From the NCBI GenBank assembly GCA_051251855.1, contig JBPOGI010000001.1, forward strand, positions 32,001 through 96,000: DNA of 64,000 bases, written 5' to 3'. Origin of the DNA: Roseibacillus sp. (GTDB taxonomy: Bacteria; Verrucomicrobiota; Verrucomicrobiia; Verrucomicrobiales; Akkermansiaceae). This document shows, in pieces, positions 49,154 to 59,064 of the stretch. Position numbers and translations under genes: made by a program. Within the stretch, counting starts at the first letter, position 1, and every line of letters starts with the position of its first letter. The notes beneath the pieces are model-generated. The model saw only the letters and a list, made by a program, of their open reading frames with translations, ran no database searches and was not told where the DNA came from.

Positions 49154-49242
49154 GGGGGGATGCTAGTCACAGGATAAGATGACGTCAAAACTTCGCTACA
49201 AGGATTGAGAAGGGAGAGGAGAGGGGGCATCATCTAATCCTG

Positions 49243-49710
49243 ATGATGGAATACCGCCCCAATGTTGCGATTCTGCTGGTCCGTGAGGATGGGCGTTTGC
49301 TCATTTGCGAGCGTCTGAAGGTGAAAGGGGCTTGGCAGTTCCCCCAAGGAGGAGTGGATGAGGGGGAAACTCTGGAAGAAGCACTGCTGCGAGAGGTTGA
49401 GGAGGAAATTGGCCTTTTACCTGAGAGCTATGACATCCTCGAGATGAAGGGTGGCTACCGCTATGTTTACCCGGACAATATCAAAAAGAAGAAAAAGCGG
49501 AAGGGCTGGTTCGACGGTCAGGAGCAAACTTACTACCGCTGTCTCCTCCACGATAAGAAGGCCAAGATAAGTATCGACCAAAAGCCACGGGAGTTTCGTG
49601 ATACCAAGTGGATCGAGCCTGCTGACTTCAAGCTCTCATGGCTTCCGGAATTCAAACGTGATGTTTATCGGAAAGTGATGAAGGACTTTTTCGGAGTCAC
49701 TCTCTCATAG
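49243..49710 (+). CDS. NUDIX hydrolase, RppH/Ap4A-like
   Basis: YRPNV, WQFPQGGVDEGE...ALLREVEEEIG, GQEQ, FKRDVY. Confidence 0.9.
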   Translation: MMEYRPNVAILLVREDGRLLICERLKVKGAWQFPQGGVDEGETLEEALLREVEEEIGLLPESYDILEMKGGYRYVYPDNIKKKKKRKGWFDGQEQTYYRCLLHDKKAKISIDQKPREFRDTKWIEPADFKLSWLPEFKRDVYRKVMKDFFGVTLS

Positions 49711-49817
49711 GGGGCCTGTTCCCCTCCGAAAAACGCTGGCTACGAATGTGAGCACCTAAAAAAGCGTTCGTTACCGAGGGGAGGATTGGAGAGTTGTTTT
49801 CTGGCGGTTTTTACTCG

Positions 49818-50735
49818 CTAACCCCGCCATTTTTTCAGCACCTCAGCGTCTTGACGAATCAAAGGCCAAGCTTCGCGTGCGGTCTCTGCTGGATAGAGCT
49901 GATGCTTGCCCCATTCCATGTGGAGACTGATGGGAGAGGGGGAGAGGTTCTTGCGCACTTGCTCAAACATTTCTTCGGTGACGAATCCGGTGCCGAGAGG
50001 GGCGTTCACCAACTTGTCGCTGCGCTCTCCTCCCCACTTGGCGTCTTTGACGTAGATAGCGCGCACGTGTTTGCGGGCTAGGCGCTCGGTCATTTCCCAA
50101 GATCTGCCGCCATCGGTTTTGGTATGGCGAAGGTCGAAACCGAGACCAAAGTGCTCGGGGTCAATTCCTTCTAAGATGAGAGCCATGTCCCAAAGCAAAG
50201 AGCCGGCGTTTTTCCATCCCGAGTGGAGTTGGTAAATTCCCTCCATGCCGAGGCTCGCGTTCAGTTCAGCGAGCTTTTGCGCCTTTTCCTGAAAGCCTCT
50301 CATCTCAGCAAGGGGGTCGCCGTTCTTGCTGTAGTAGAAGTATTCGGTGCGGTATTTGGTAATGCCATTGTCGCGCAGAATTTTGAGGAAGTCACTTGTC
50401 TCGGGGGTGGCATTAATGAAGCGAGTGGCCGCGATGACGGTGTCTAAGCCAGCTGCTTCTAGAGCCTTCATCATGCTGGGGATTTCCTTGGCCGCGTTTT
50501 CAGGCAAGATATGGCCCTTTGGTCGAATGGTGGCTTCGAGACCTCGTAAGCCCATTTGAGCGACTTCATCTGCAATCTCTTGATAGCTCAAAGCTTGCAC
50601 GGGCTTCTCGAAGAGGACGATAGGCCAGTCTTCTGGGGCATCTGCTTGTTGAGCTGGAGAGTCTTGTGCGCGGACCAGCCCTGAAGCGACTGCTGCCATT
50701 CCTGTTTGCTGGAGAAAATTTCGTCTCGTTACCAT
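49818..50735 (-). CDS. Tat-exported sugar-phosphate isomerase/epimerase (xylose isomerase-like TIM barrel)
   Basis: TRRNFLQ signal; IRPKGH, QLHSG, FDLRH, YVKD, PLGTG, SLHME. Confidence 0.8.
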   Translation of the reverse strand: MVTRRNFLQQTGMAAVASGLVRAQDSPAQQADAPEDWPIVLFEKPVQALSYQEIADEVAQMGLRGLEATIRPKGHILPENAAKEIPSMMKALEAAGLDTVIAATRFINATPETSDFLKILRDNGITKYRTEYFYYSKNGDPLAEMRGFQEKAQKLAELNASLGMEGIYQLHSGWKNAGSLLWDMALILEGIDPEHFGLGFDLRHTKTDGGRSWEMTERLARKHVRAIYVKDAKWGGERSDKLVNAPLGTGFVTEEMFEQVRKNLSPSPISLHMEWGKHQLYPAETAREAWPLIRQDAEVLKKWRG

Positions 50736-50829
50736 CCCTTAAAAGACCTCTTCGAATCTCTTGCGTCAAAGAAAAAGGAAGCACAGTGCAGGCTTGCCAG
50801 CGGGGGGAGGAAAGGCATTCTCTAGCACC

Positions 50830-51657
50830 ATGCCTGCAAAAGGAGCCGAAGAGCGATACCGCCACAAGACAGGAAAGAAGCTCAAGCTTTCAGAGCTTGA
50901 TACCAATGAGAAGACTCTCGCGGAAGATTTAGGGAAGGAGGAATCCTTTGGGCCTTTCGACGAACTCCGCGACGAGCTCCAGCAATTGCAGAAAATGCTT
51001 TATGCGCAGGACAAGCACCGCGTCCTCGTGGTGATGCAAGCGATGGATACGGGGGGGAAGGATGGATGTATTAAGCACGTCTTCTCTCGCGTCGATCCGC
51101 AGGGTTTGAATGTGGTTTCGTTTAAGAAGCCCTCTGAGCGCGAGCTTTCGCATGACTTCCTCTGGCGCATTCACCAGAATGTTCCAGAGAATGGACATTT
51201 GACGGTTTTCAATCGCAGTCACTACGAAGACATCATCGCGGTCCGCGTGAAAGAGCTGTATCCGGAGAAAGTTTGGAAGCGTCGCTATAAACACATTGTC
51301 GACTTTGAGCAGATGCTCGCGGACGAGGGGACAACCATTGTGAAAATCTTTCTCAATATTTCGCGAGATGAGCAAAAGTCGCGGCTGCAGGCCCGCTTAG
51401 ATAATTCCGACAAATACTGGAAATTTAATCCAGATGATCTCAAGGATCGTGCTCGTTGGGACGACTTTATGGAGACTTACGAGGATGTTATCGAGAAGAC
51501 TTCGACTGATGTGGCTCCTTGGTATGTCGTTCCCGCTGACCGCAAATGGTATCGCAATCTCTGTGTGGCCCGGATCATGGTGGAGACTTTACGTAAGCTC
51601 GACATGAGCTTTCCCGAGCCGACGTGGAAGCCTGGGGACATTCAATTGAAGGACTAG
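50830..51657 (+). CDS. ppk2: polyphosphate kinase 2 family protein (class III-like)
   Basis: QAMDTGGKDG, FKKPS, HDFLWR, FNRSHYED, WKFNPDD, APWYVVPADRKW. Confidence 0.93.
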   Translation: MPAKGAEERYRHKTGKKLKLSELDTNEKTLAEDLGKEESFGPFDELRDELQQLQKMLYAQDKHRVLVVMQAMDTGGKDGCIKHVFSRVDPQGLNVVSFKKPSERELSHDFLWRIHQNVPENGHLTVFNRSHYEDIIAVRVKELYPEKVWKRRYKHIVDFEQMLADEGTTIVKIFLNISRDEQKSRLQARLDNSDKYWKFNPDDLKDRARWDDFMETYEDVIEKTSTDVAPWYVVPADRKWYRNLCVARIMVETLRKLDMSFPEPTWKPGDIQLKD

Positions 51658-51752
51658 AATACCTCTGGCCCCTAGGAATGCGGGGAGTAGGAATTCTTTT
51701 GACCAAAACTGCGCGTGACAAGTGACTTCGTAATCACTACAAACAACCGCAG

Positions 51753-52616
51753 GTGAAAATCATTTGCAAAACCAAAATACTAACTATCTTGAAACGTTTC
51801 TTCCTCCTCATCAGTGGAGTGCTGACCCTAGTGGCCTGCTCTGCTGAAAAGACTCTTCAAGCCGAGCGTGCAGCAACCCCGATTACGGCTCCACCACGTG
51901 TGGCAATGACGCCTAATCCTGCTTATCAGACGCCTGCTTATGCCTCTCCATCTGTCCAAAACCCGGTGGTTTCTTTGCCCTCAGACTTTTCTCCCAGCGC
52001 GGGAGTCTCGTTCTCGAGCGTCCGCAATGATGGTAACTATATTGCGCTGACTTTCGATGATGGTCCTCATCCTAAAAACACGCCGCGCCTTCTTGATATG
52101 CTTCGTCAGCGAAATATCAAAGCGACCTTTTATGTGATTGGTAACAGTGTGAATCTTTATCCCGAGATTGCTCGCCGTATTGTTTCGGAAGGACACGAGA
52201 TTGGAAATCACACTTGGAATCATCCCAATTTAACAAAGTTGAGCAACGCGAGTGTTCGTAAGGAATTGGATACTACCCGGGATGCCATCATTCGTGCCAC
52301 TGGGGTCAAGCCTCGCACAATGCGTCCTCCTTATGGTGCGCTGCGCACTGCCCAGCGGAACATGATTCATAGCGAGTATGGTTATCCGACCATCTTGTGG
52401 GATGTGGATCCTCTCGATTGGAAACGTCCTGGAACGGCTGTCGTAAAGTCGCGGATTTTGAGCGGAACAAAGTCTGGTTCGATTGTCTTGGCGCATGACC
52501 TTCACTCCACCACTGTAGACGCGATGCCCACCACCATGGATGCTCTCCTGGCAAAAGGCTTTCGGTTTGTGACTGTCTCTCAACTTTTGAAGATGAAGGA
52601 AGTCTCGCAGCCCTAA
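51753..52616 (+). CDS. polysaccharide deacetylase (CE4/NodB), lipoprotein
   Basis: LVAC lipobox, ALTFDDGP, HEIGNHTWNH, RPPYG, DW, IVLAHD. Confidence 0.93.
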   Translation: MKIICKTKILTILKRFFLLISGVLTLVACSAEKTLQAERAATPITAPPRVAMTPNPAYQTPAYASPSVQNPVVSLPSDFSPSAGVSFSSVRNDGNYIALTFDDGPHPKNTPRLLDMLRQRNIKATFYVIGNSVNLYPEIARRIVSEGHEIGNHTWNHPNLTKLSNASVRKELDTTRDAIIRATGVKPRTMRPPYGALRTAQRNMIHSEYGYPTILWDVDPLDWKRPGTAVVKSRILSGTKSGSIVLAHDLHSTTVDAMPTTMDALLAKGFRFVTVSQLLKMKEVSQP

Positions 52617-52630
52617 ACGGGTGCGCTGCC

Positions 52631-54346
52631 ATGTTCGGGGAACGTTACTTCGTGGCCCGGGAAAGGCTCTCGGCGGTTGTTCGTGGAGTCAAAGAACTTG
52701 CTGAAGATACCGGAACCGATTCTGGACCTTTGGGAGATGAGTCTGGCTTTCTTGCCGGCCTCGATGAGCCCTTTACCTTTTTGGTCTGTGGCGAGGTTAA
52801 CGCAGGTAAGTCGGCCTTTATCAATGGTCTCTTTGGGGCCGAGCTTTGTGAAGTCGATGCCATTCCGACCACCAAGGAGGTCCGGTGGTATCGATTTGGG
52901 CGCCGTGAGTTTGAAGAGGAGAAGGGCGCTTCCTTCAAGCACTGCTTTCGAGATCACGAGTTTCTTCTCGATTTCACCGTCGCTGATACGCCAGGCACTA
53001 ATGCTCTCACGGATGGGACTCGGGAGATCATAGATGACCTTTTGAAAAAGGCTGATTTGGTGTTTTTCGTTTTTCCGGTCTCCAATGCTTGGGGCGCTGC
53101 TACTTGGAATTTTATCGCTGACCTCGACCCTTCTATTCATGAAAAAATGGCGGTTATTTTGCAGCAAATGGACCTCCGCAATCAGGACGATATGGCGGTG
53201 ATGATGGAGCATGTGCGTGAACTGGGCATTCACAAAACAGGGAAGACGTTGGATGTTTTTCCTGTCTCGGCAAACAAAGCATTAGAGTCAAAAATAAATC
53301 CCGCCAGTCCCGACCGAGTGAGGCAGGAAAGTGGGTATCCCAGCTTAGAACGCTTTGTATCGCGAAAGGTGGCGGGGTCACCGATTCGGCGAGAGCGGCT
53401 TCGCTCGATTCAGGGTGAGACTTTGCAGCTCTTGCGGAATATTGAGGACCGGATGGAGATTCGGCGTCGGACCTTGGATTCCGATCAAGGCTTCCTGAGT
53501 GATATTGAGACCGAGGTCGATAATGAGCGTGCGGAGCAAGGGAGGCGTCTTGCTGAGAAGTTCTCTGGCTTAGGCGAGGTGTTCGGAGAAGAAGCCGAGA
53601 GTGCGGCTTTTCTACTCGCGGAAAGAACGTCTATTTGGCAATCGCTACTTTCTCTTTTCAAGAAAGATGAGACTCCAGCTGAGATCGAAAAGGGGCTGAT
53701 TGAGGCGGTGCAAGAGGCGATTGAGAGATTGGCTTCGAATGATAGCGATGAACTGGTCGATGTTTGTCGTGGTCACTGGCAGACGGTGGTTCCGCGTGTG
53801 GATGAGCGGTTGGAAATGCCGGCGCCGGACTTTGAGGAAGAGTCGAGTGGCTTTGGGGGCGCCAAAGAGCGCTTCGCTAAGCGGTTGGGAGGGGCGGCGC
53901 GCAAGGCGGTGGTCGCGCAGAAGGTTCGCGGCATGTTGGACTCAGAGATGGATGCGCGACGGGAGTCTTTACGTCGCGCGGTCATCGGAGCTCTTTTATT
54001 GGTGACGCTGGGAGGTGTTTTGGGAGCCTTGCATTGGAACCTGTTGGCATTTGTGGCGCTCATTGCGGCCGTGGTGGTGTTGGGTTTGGGGCTTGCGAAA
54101 GCTCGCGAGAGTTCAAGGGAGCTCATCGATTGGTTCCGAGAGCGCACCTCGGCTTGTCGACGGCCTTTTGCTGAAGACTTGAGCGAAGAGTATCAGGAAG
54201 GGGTTCGCGGATTTTTTGTGGAATACGCTACCATGTTTGAGGGGATTCGGCGTCACGTCGCTGACTTGAAAATGAAGCTCAAGCCGCAGCTGGATCAGTG
54301 GAGCGATTACTTTCTGGAGCTGAATGCAATTGATCAGGACTTGTAG
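52631..54346 (+). CDS. bacterial dynamin-like GTPase
   Basis: GEVNAGKS (G1), PTT (G2), DTPG (G3), QQMD (G4-like), PVSA; helical stalk and C-terminal hydrophobic hairpin. Confidence 0.82.
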   Translation: MFGERYFVARERLSAVVRGVKELAEDTGTDSGPLGDESGFLAGLDEPFTFLVCGEVNAGKSAFINGLFGAELCEVDAIPTTKEVRWYRFGRREFEEEKGASFKHCFRDHEFLLDFTVADTPGTNALTDGTREIIDDLLKKADLVFFVFPVSNAWGAATWNFIADLDPSIHEKMAVILQQMDLRNQDDMAVMMEHVRELGIHKTGKTLDVFPVSANKALESKINPASPDRVRQESGYPSLERFVSRKVAGSPIRRERLRSIQGETLQLLRNIEDRMEIRRRTLDSDQGFLSDIETEVDNERAEQGRRLAEKFSGLGEVFGEEAESAAFLLAERTSIWQSLLSLFKKDETPAEIEKGLIEAVQEAIERLASNDSDELVDVCRGHWQTVVPRVDERLEMPAPDFEEESSGFGGAKERFAKRLGGAARKAVVAQKVRGMLDSEMDARRESLRRAVIGALLLVTLGGVLGALHWNLLAFVALIAAVVVLGLGLAKARESSRELIDWFRERTSACRRPFAEDLSEEYQEGVRGFFVEYATMFEGIRRHVADLKMKLKPQLDQWSDYFLELNAIDQDL

Positions 54347-54415
54347 TCCTTACTTTGGTGAGAATTGACCGCAATTGAGAGTTGAGCCTTTCGGGTAGCT
54401 GGTTCAGAAAGCGGG

Positions 54416-55663
54416 ATGAAAATTCTTGTCGTTGGAAAAGGTGGTCGTGAGCACGCCCTGTTGCGCTCGTTGCAGGAGTCTGGACCTGAGGTCGAACTCT
54501 ATTGTCATCCGGGGAGTGATGCCATTAGCGAGATTGCGGAGCCGGTAGCAGCGGGTGGAGTAGCTGAGTTGGTGGGATGGATGCTGGGGAAGAAGATCGA
54601 CCTCTGTGTGGCAGGGGAGGAGAGCTACTTGGTGAAGGATGAAGGATTAGCCAATCTTTGCGCGGATGCAGGGATTCCGTGTTGGGGGCCTCGCAAGGAG
54701 TCCGCCATGTTGGAGGCGAGTAAGGCTTTTGCGAAGCTCTTCATGCAGCGGCACGAAATTCCTACGGGCAAGGCTTGGGTCTGTGAGTCGATTAGTGAGG
54801 CGCGCGATGCGATTGGCGGGCGCTATCCAACCGTCTTGAAATTTGATGGTTTGGCTGCAGGCAAAGGAGTGGCGGTTTGTGGGGATGAAGAAGCGGCGAA
54901 CGAGTTTCTTGGGGAGGTGTTTTCGAGCCATCGATTTGGAGATGGAAAGTTACTCGTTGAGCAATATTTGGAGGGGCCTGAGGTGTCTATTTTTGCGGCG
55001 GTGAGTGGTGACCAATACGAGATTTTTACTCCAGCGCGAGACTACAAGCGGATCGGAGAGGGAGACCATGGACCAAACACGGGAGGGATGGGCGCGGTGG
55101 CGAGTCGTCAGTTGGTAACAGCGGAGGAGCTAGCGCAAATCGAGAAAGAAATCGTTAAGCCTACGGTTGATGGTTTGGTGAAGGATGGCTTGGAGTATCG
55201 GGGCTTCCTGTATTTTGGACTCATGATGACGGCGGCGGGACCGAAGATTATCGAGTATAACTGTCGCTTTGGCGATCCAGAGTGCCAGGCAGTGATGCCG
55301 CTGGTGCAGGGGAACTTGGCCCAATACTGCATGGATGGTGCGAAAGGTGGGCTTTCTGAGAACCTCCTCAGCTTTGACGGCGGCTGGAGCGTTTGTGTGG
55401 TGTTGGCGAGTGCAGGTTACCCAGAAAGCTCGAGCAGCGGAGATGTGATTTCAGGACTGGATGACGTGAGCGGAGCGCGTGTTTATCACGCGGGAACCAA
55501 GAAGGAGGCGGGCCAATGGCAAACCAATGGTGGCCGAGTGCTCGCAGTGGTCGCTGGTGCTGAGACGCGGGAAGAAGCGGTGGAGAAAGCGCATGCGGAA
55601 GCGGCCAAGGTCACCTTTGACGGTAGTCAGCGGCGAGCAGATATCGGGCGGATGCACTTTTAA
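54416..55663 (+). CDS. purD: phosphoribosylamine--glycine ligase
   Basis: GKGGREHAL, DGLAAGKGV, DYKR...GPNTGGMG, EYNCRFGDPE, TNGGRVL. Confidence 0.97.
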   Translation: MKILVVGKGGREHALLRSLQESGPEVELYCHPGSDAISEIAEPVAAGGVAELVGWMLGKKIDLCVAGEESYLVKDEGLANLCADAGIPCWGPRKESAMLEASKAFAKLFMQRHEIPTGKAWVCESISEARDAIGGRYPTVLKFDGLAAGKGVAVCGDEEAANEFLGEVFSSHRFGDGKLLVEQYLEGPEVSIFAAVSGDQYEIFTPARDYKRIGEGDHGPNTGGMGAVASRQLVTAEELAQIEKEIVKPTVDGLVKDGLEYRGFLYFGLMMTAAGPKIIEYNCRFGDPECQAVMPLVQGNLAQYCMDGAKGGLSENLLSFDGGWSVCVVLASAGYPESSSSGDVISGLDDVSGARVYHAGTKKEAGQWQTNGGRVLAVVAGAETREEAVEKAHAEAAKVTFDGSQRRADIGRMHF

Positions 55664-55962
55664 GGACTGAACTTGCGTCCTCGGAGAACGTTGACTTCGC
55701 AGTCCCAGGCAATGACGGAGTAGTCTTCAAAATAATTCTCGGCAATGGCATCGAGGACGGCATCGGCGACCTCGCGGGATGCGACGGACTCAATCTTGAG
55801 GTTGGGGCCTTCGAACTCAGAGGCACGCACGCCCCGTGAGCCTTGGCCATCTACTCGGGAGATGGTGAAACCGGTGGTCTTATGTTTGGTGAAGAGTGCG
55901 ACGATCTCTTCTCGGAGGACGTTTTCGAAGATGACGGTGACGAGGACGAGGCGTTCTTTCAT
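55660..55962 (-). CDS. sbtB: PII-like protein SbtB
   Basis: GFTI..V.GQGSRGVR, N.KIE, V.VLR..KF; immediately downstream of sbtA. Confidence 0.85.
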   Translation of the reverse strand: MKERLVLVTVIFENVLREEIVALFTKHKTTGFTISRVDGQGSRGVRASEFEGPNLKIESVASREVADAVLDAIAENYFEDYSVIAWDCEVNVLRGRKFSP

Positions 55963-55968
55963 GAGCTG

Positions 55969-56922
55969 TTAGAGGTTGGTGAGATACTGGGCAAAGGTGA
56001 GGAAGAGAGGAATTCCTATCGCAAGGTTGAAGGGAAAAGTGATCCCTAAGGCGAGGGTAAGATAGATGCCTGGGCTCGCTTTTGGAAGAGCGATCCGAAC
56101 GGCGGCGGGAGCAGCGATGTAGGAGGCACTGCCTGTCATTGCTCCGAGGATAGCGGCTCCACCTGGAGCCATACCGGCGAATGTGCCAAGGGCCGTTCCG
56201 AGAAGACCATGCACGAGAGGGAGAACACACCCGAGTAAGATTAGTCTCCAGCCGGCTGACTTGAGATCCCGCAGGCGACCGGCGGCAACCATACCTAGCT
56301 CGAGAAGGAAAAGGCAGAGAACGCCTTTAAAGGGGGCAATGAAGAAGGGGGCGACGGTGTCTATTTTTTGTGCTCCGCAAGCGGCTCCGATGACCATCCC
56401 TCCGATGAGGAGAAAGATGCTCTTTCCGGTGATGACTTCGTGAATGGCGGACTTGAGGCCTCCCCGAGGGCCGGATTGCGCAAGTAAGAGACCGATAATG
56501 ATGCCTGGAATTTCTAAAACCGCGACGAGTGCGGGGAGGTATCCGTTACTGGGAATTCCCGAAATCTTGACCGCTTCTACGGTGGCTAGGAAGGTCACGG
56601 CTGAAACGGAGCCGTAGTGAGCGGCCGTGGCTCCGGCATCAATTTTGTTGAGCTTGCCGAACCACCGAAGAAGAAAGAAGGCTGAGAAGGGAGTGACGAC
56701 TCCGAGTAGGAGGGTCGCTCCCAAAGGCGCTACGAGTTCGGACATGGGGGTCTGGGAGAGGGAGACACCACCCTTTAGTCCGATGGCAAAGAGAAGATAG
56801 ATGGAAAGGGCCTGGTAGATCGCACTTGGGATTTCGAGGTCGCTCTTGACCCAACGAGCAATCATTCCCATCGCAAAGGCGAGAACAACTGGAGAGACGA
56901 GATTCTGAATGAGAAGGTCCAT
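55969..56922 (-). CDS. sbtA: sodium-dependent bicarbonate transporter family permease SbtA
   Basis: SDLEIP, YLLFAIGLKGG, AAHYGSVSAVTF, LFLLELG, SASYIAAPAA, LGITFPFN. Confidence 0.92.
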   Translation of the reverse strand: MDLLIQNLVSPVVLAFAMGMIARWVKSDLEIPSAIYQALSIYLLFAIGLKGGVSLSQTPMSELVAPLGATLLLGVVTPFSAFFLLRWFGKLNKIDAGATAAHYGSVSAVTFLATVEAVKISGIPSNGYLPALVAVLEIPGIIIGLLLAQSGPRGGLKSAIHEVITGKSIFLLIGGMVIGAACGAQKIDTVAPFFIAPFKGVLCLFLLELGMVAAGRLRDLKSAGWRLILLGCVLPLVHGLLGTALGTFAGMAPGGAAILGAMTGSASYIAAPAAVRIALPKASPGIYLTLALGITFPFNLAIGIPLFLTFAQYLTNL

Positions 56923-56970
56923 GGCGGTTTTAGAATTGAACGCTTGGTGAAGCGTTATGAGACGTAGATG

Positions 56971-56990
56971 TCACGTAATTAATTACGTGA
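56971..56990. promoter_or_regulatory. perfect 20-bp palindrome upstream of sbtA
   Basis: TCACGTAATTAATTACGTGA. Confidence 0.6.
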
Positions 56991-57113
56991 AAAGTAAATT
57001 ATGTGATTTTGTTCCCATGAAGGGGTCTGTCAGATGGCCTCGGAGGGGAAATTCTCTCGTGTGAGACAGCCCCAAGGGTTGCTCTTCGGGTTGGGATAGC
57101 GAAGATTTGGGGT

Positions 57114-58148
57114 GTGAAAGACTTTGTTTTTACTTCCCTGAAAGGGTTCGCAATGGGAGCGGCCAACGTGATTCCCGGGGTGTCTGGGGGAACCATTGCT
57201 TTCATTACCGGAATCTACGAACGCTTGATTGGAGCTCTGAAAAACTTTGATATTGCGACGGTGAAGTTGCTTACGAAAGGGAAGTTCAAGGAAGCTGCGG
57301 CGAAGGTTGATTTGTTGTTTTTGGTGGCTTTGGGCGTGGGAGCGGTGGTGAGTATCATTTCTCTAGCGAAGGTTCTGACGTGGGGGTTTGAGAACTATCC
57401 GGTGCTCGTGTGGGCCTTCTTTTTTGGACTGATTGCGGCTTCGATCCCGTTGGTGGGAAAGATGGTGAAGCGGTGGAGCCCCTTGGTGATTGGACTGGGA
57501 GTCCTGGGATGTGCCTTGGCGGTTTCTTTGGTGTTTCTCACTCCAGCTCAGGAGAATACGAATCCGATTTATCTTGGGCTGTGTGGGGTGGTGGCCATTT
57601 GCAGTATGATTATCCCTGGGTTGAGCGGCTCGTTTGTTTTAGTGCTGATGGGGAATTATAAGCTCATTATGTTGGATTCAGTGAGCGCGTTGTCCGATTT
57701 AGAATTTGGTGAGGCGCTGCCGGTTTTGATTCCAGTGGGAGTGGGTGCGGTGGTGGGATTGATTGTGTTATCGCGCGTTCTTAACTGGCTTTTTAAGAAT
57801 TATCACGATGAGGCTGTTGGTCTGATTACAGGTTTTGTGTTGGGTTCGCTGGTGGTGATTTGGCCCTGGAAAGATGAAATCCCTAAGCGCGATGAAAACG
57901 GGTTGATTGTGGTGAAGACTGAAGAGAGGACTTTGGAGGGGCGGTTGGGCAATGTGAGTCAGGTAAGAGCATCTTTGGGAGAGGAAGAAGAAGTCGTGGT
58001 CGCGGGTTATGGCAATTGGTCTGGACCGCAATTGAACAAGGGCGCTGATTGGGCGGCCTTTGGTTGCATGGTGGTTGGCGCGCTTCTGATTGGCTTTGTG
58101 GAGTGGACGGCGCATCGCGGAGCGGGTCCGATTCCAAAAGAAGGCTAG
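57114..58148 (+). CDS. DUF368 membrane protein (undecaprenyl-phosphate translocase family)
   Basis: KGFAMGAANVIPGVSGGTIA, MIIPGLSGS, GFVLGSL..IWPWK. Confidence 0.9.
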   Translation: MKDFVFTSLKGFAMGAANVIPGVSGGTIAFITGIYERLIGALKNFDIATVKLLTKGKFKEAAAKVDLLFLVALGVGAVVSIISLAKVLTWGFENYPVLVWAFFFGLIAASIPLVGKMVKRWSPLVIGLGVLGCALAVSLVFLTPAQENTNPIYLGLCGVVAICSMIIPGLSGSFVLVLMGNYKLIMLDSVSALSDLEFGEALPVLIPVGVGAVVGLIVLSRVLNWLFKNYHDEAVGLITGFVLGSLVVIWPWKDEIPKRDENGLIVVKTEERTLEGRLGNVSQVRASLGEEEEVVVAGYGNWSGPQLNKGADWAAFGCMVVGALLIGFVEWTAHRGAGPIPKEG

Positions 58149-58215
58149 AATTACAGCCGCGAAAGGTTGTCTTGATTGGCGCATTAGCCCAAGTTGTGCT
58201 TCTTTAACTCACCGA

Positions 58216-58971
58216 ATGTCCTCAGAACTTCCCGAACATCCAAAAACGAGCTTCGCCAAGCGCATTTTCAGTCTTCTATTGGCTGGATTGGCGACCGTAA
58301 TCCCGATTGTAGGAACAGTGGTTTTATTGGCTTGGATTTACAAGGCACTCTTGGCGGTGGGGAGAACGCTCTTCTTCGGGATTTTTCAGGCCCTGGATTG
58401 GTTTCGGGGTATTAAGTATGAGGAAGATGCTCTTGGTCGTCTCGTTCAGGTCGAGGTTGAGGGGGCGGAGCTAAAAGGTTGGATGCTCGAACTCAATCAC
58501 TTGCCTCAGGCGATTTGGTTTTTTGTGCCAATCATCTTATTAGCTTGTGTGGGTTTGGCGGTGACTAATCGCCCAGGCCAAGCGGTGGTCAACTGGGTGG
58601 ATGGTGCACTCACTCGAATTCCATTTATGGGATTCTTTTATTCGACAATTAAGCAGGGGGTAGATGCCTTTCGCGATATGGGAGGAACGCGTAAGTTCAA
58701 AGGGGTGGCTTGGGTAGAATATCCGAGCCCAGGATGTCGCCTTTTAGGTTTTGTCACCGGTTCCTTTTTGGACGCAAAGTCAGGCAAGGAGGTGACTTCG
58801 GTCTTTATTCCGACGAGCCCCAACCCTATGACGGGTTTTGTCGTCGTGGTCGATGAGGATCGTTTGGAGTCGAGTGAACTGACGGTGGAAGAGGCGACTA
58901 AGTTGCTGCTTTCGGCTGGACTCGTAGCGCCAGATCGATTGGCGAAAGAGGCGGTGGGCCAAGCGGGGTAG
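58216..58971 (+). CDS. DUF502 membrane protein
   Basis: RIP....YSTIKQ, VEYP, GFVT, VFIPTSPNPMTGF, SAG. Confidence 0.9.
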   Translation: MSSELPEHPKTSFAKRIFSLLLAGLATVIPIVGTVVLLAWIYKALLAVGRTLFFGIFQALDWFRGIKYEEDALGRLVQVEVEGAELKGWMLELNHLPQAIWFFVPIILLACVGLAVTNRPGQAVVNWVDGALTRIPFMGFFYSTIKQGVDAFRDMGGTRKFKGVAWVEYPSPGCRLLGFVTGSFLDAKSGKEVTSVFIPTSPNPMTGFVVVVDEDRLESSELTVEEATKLLLSAGLVAPDRLAKEAVGQAG

Positions 58972-59043
58972 CGAGGTCAATGATTTCTTCCTCGAGCCGA
59001 ATTGAGGGGGCGTGGCAAAGATTCGTATTGACTCTGATGGTAT

Positions 59044-59061
59044 TTTCAGGAAATTCTGAAA
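59044..59061. promoter_or_regulatory. TTTCAG-N6-CTGAAA autoregulatory operator candidate
   Basis: TTTCAG-GAAATT-CTGAAA, 3 nt before the regulator ATG and downstream of TTGACT at 59028. Confidence 0.7.
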
Positions 59062-59064
59062 GGG

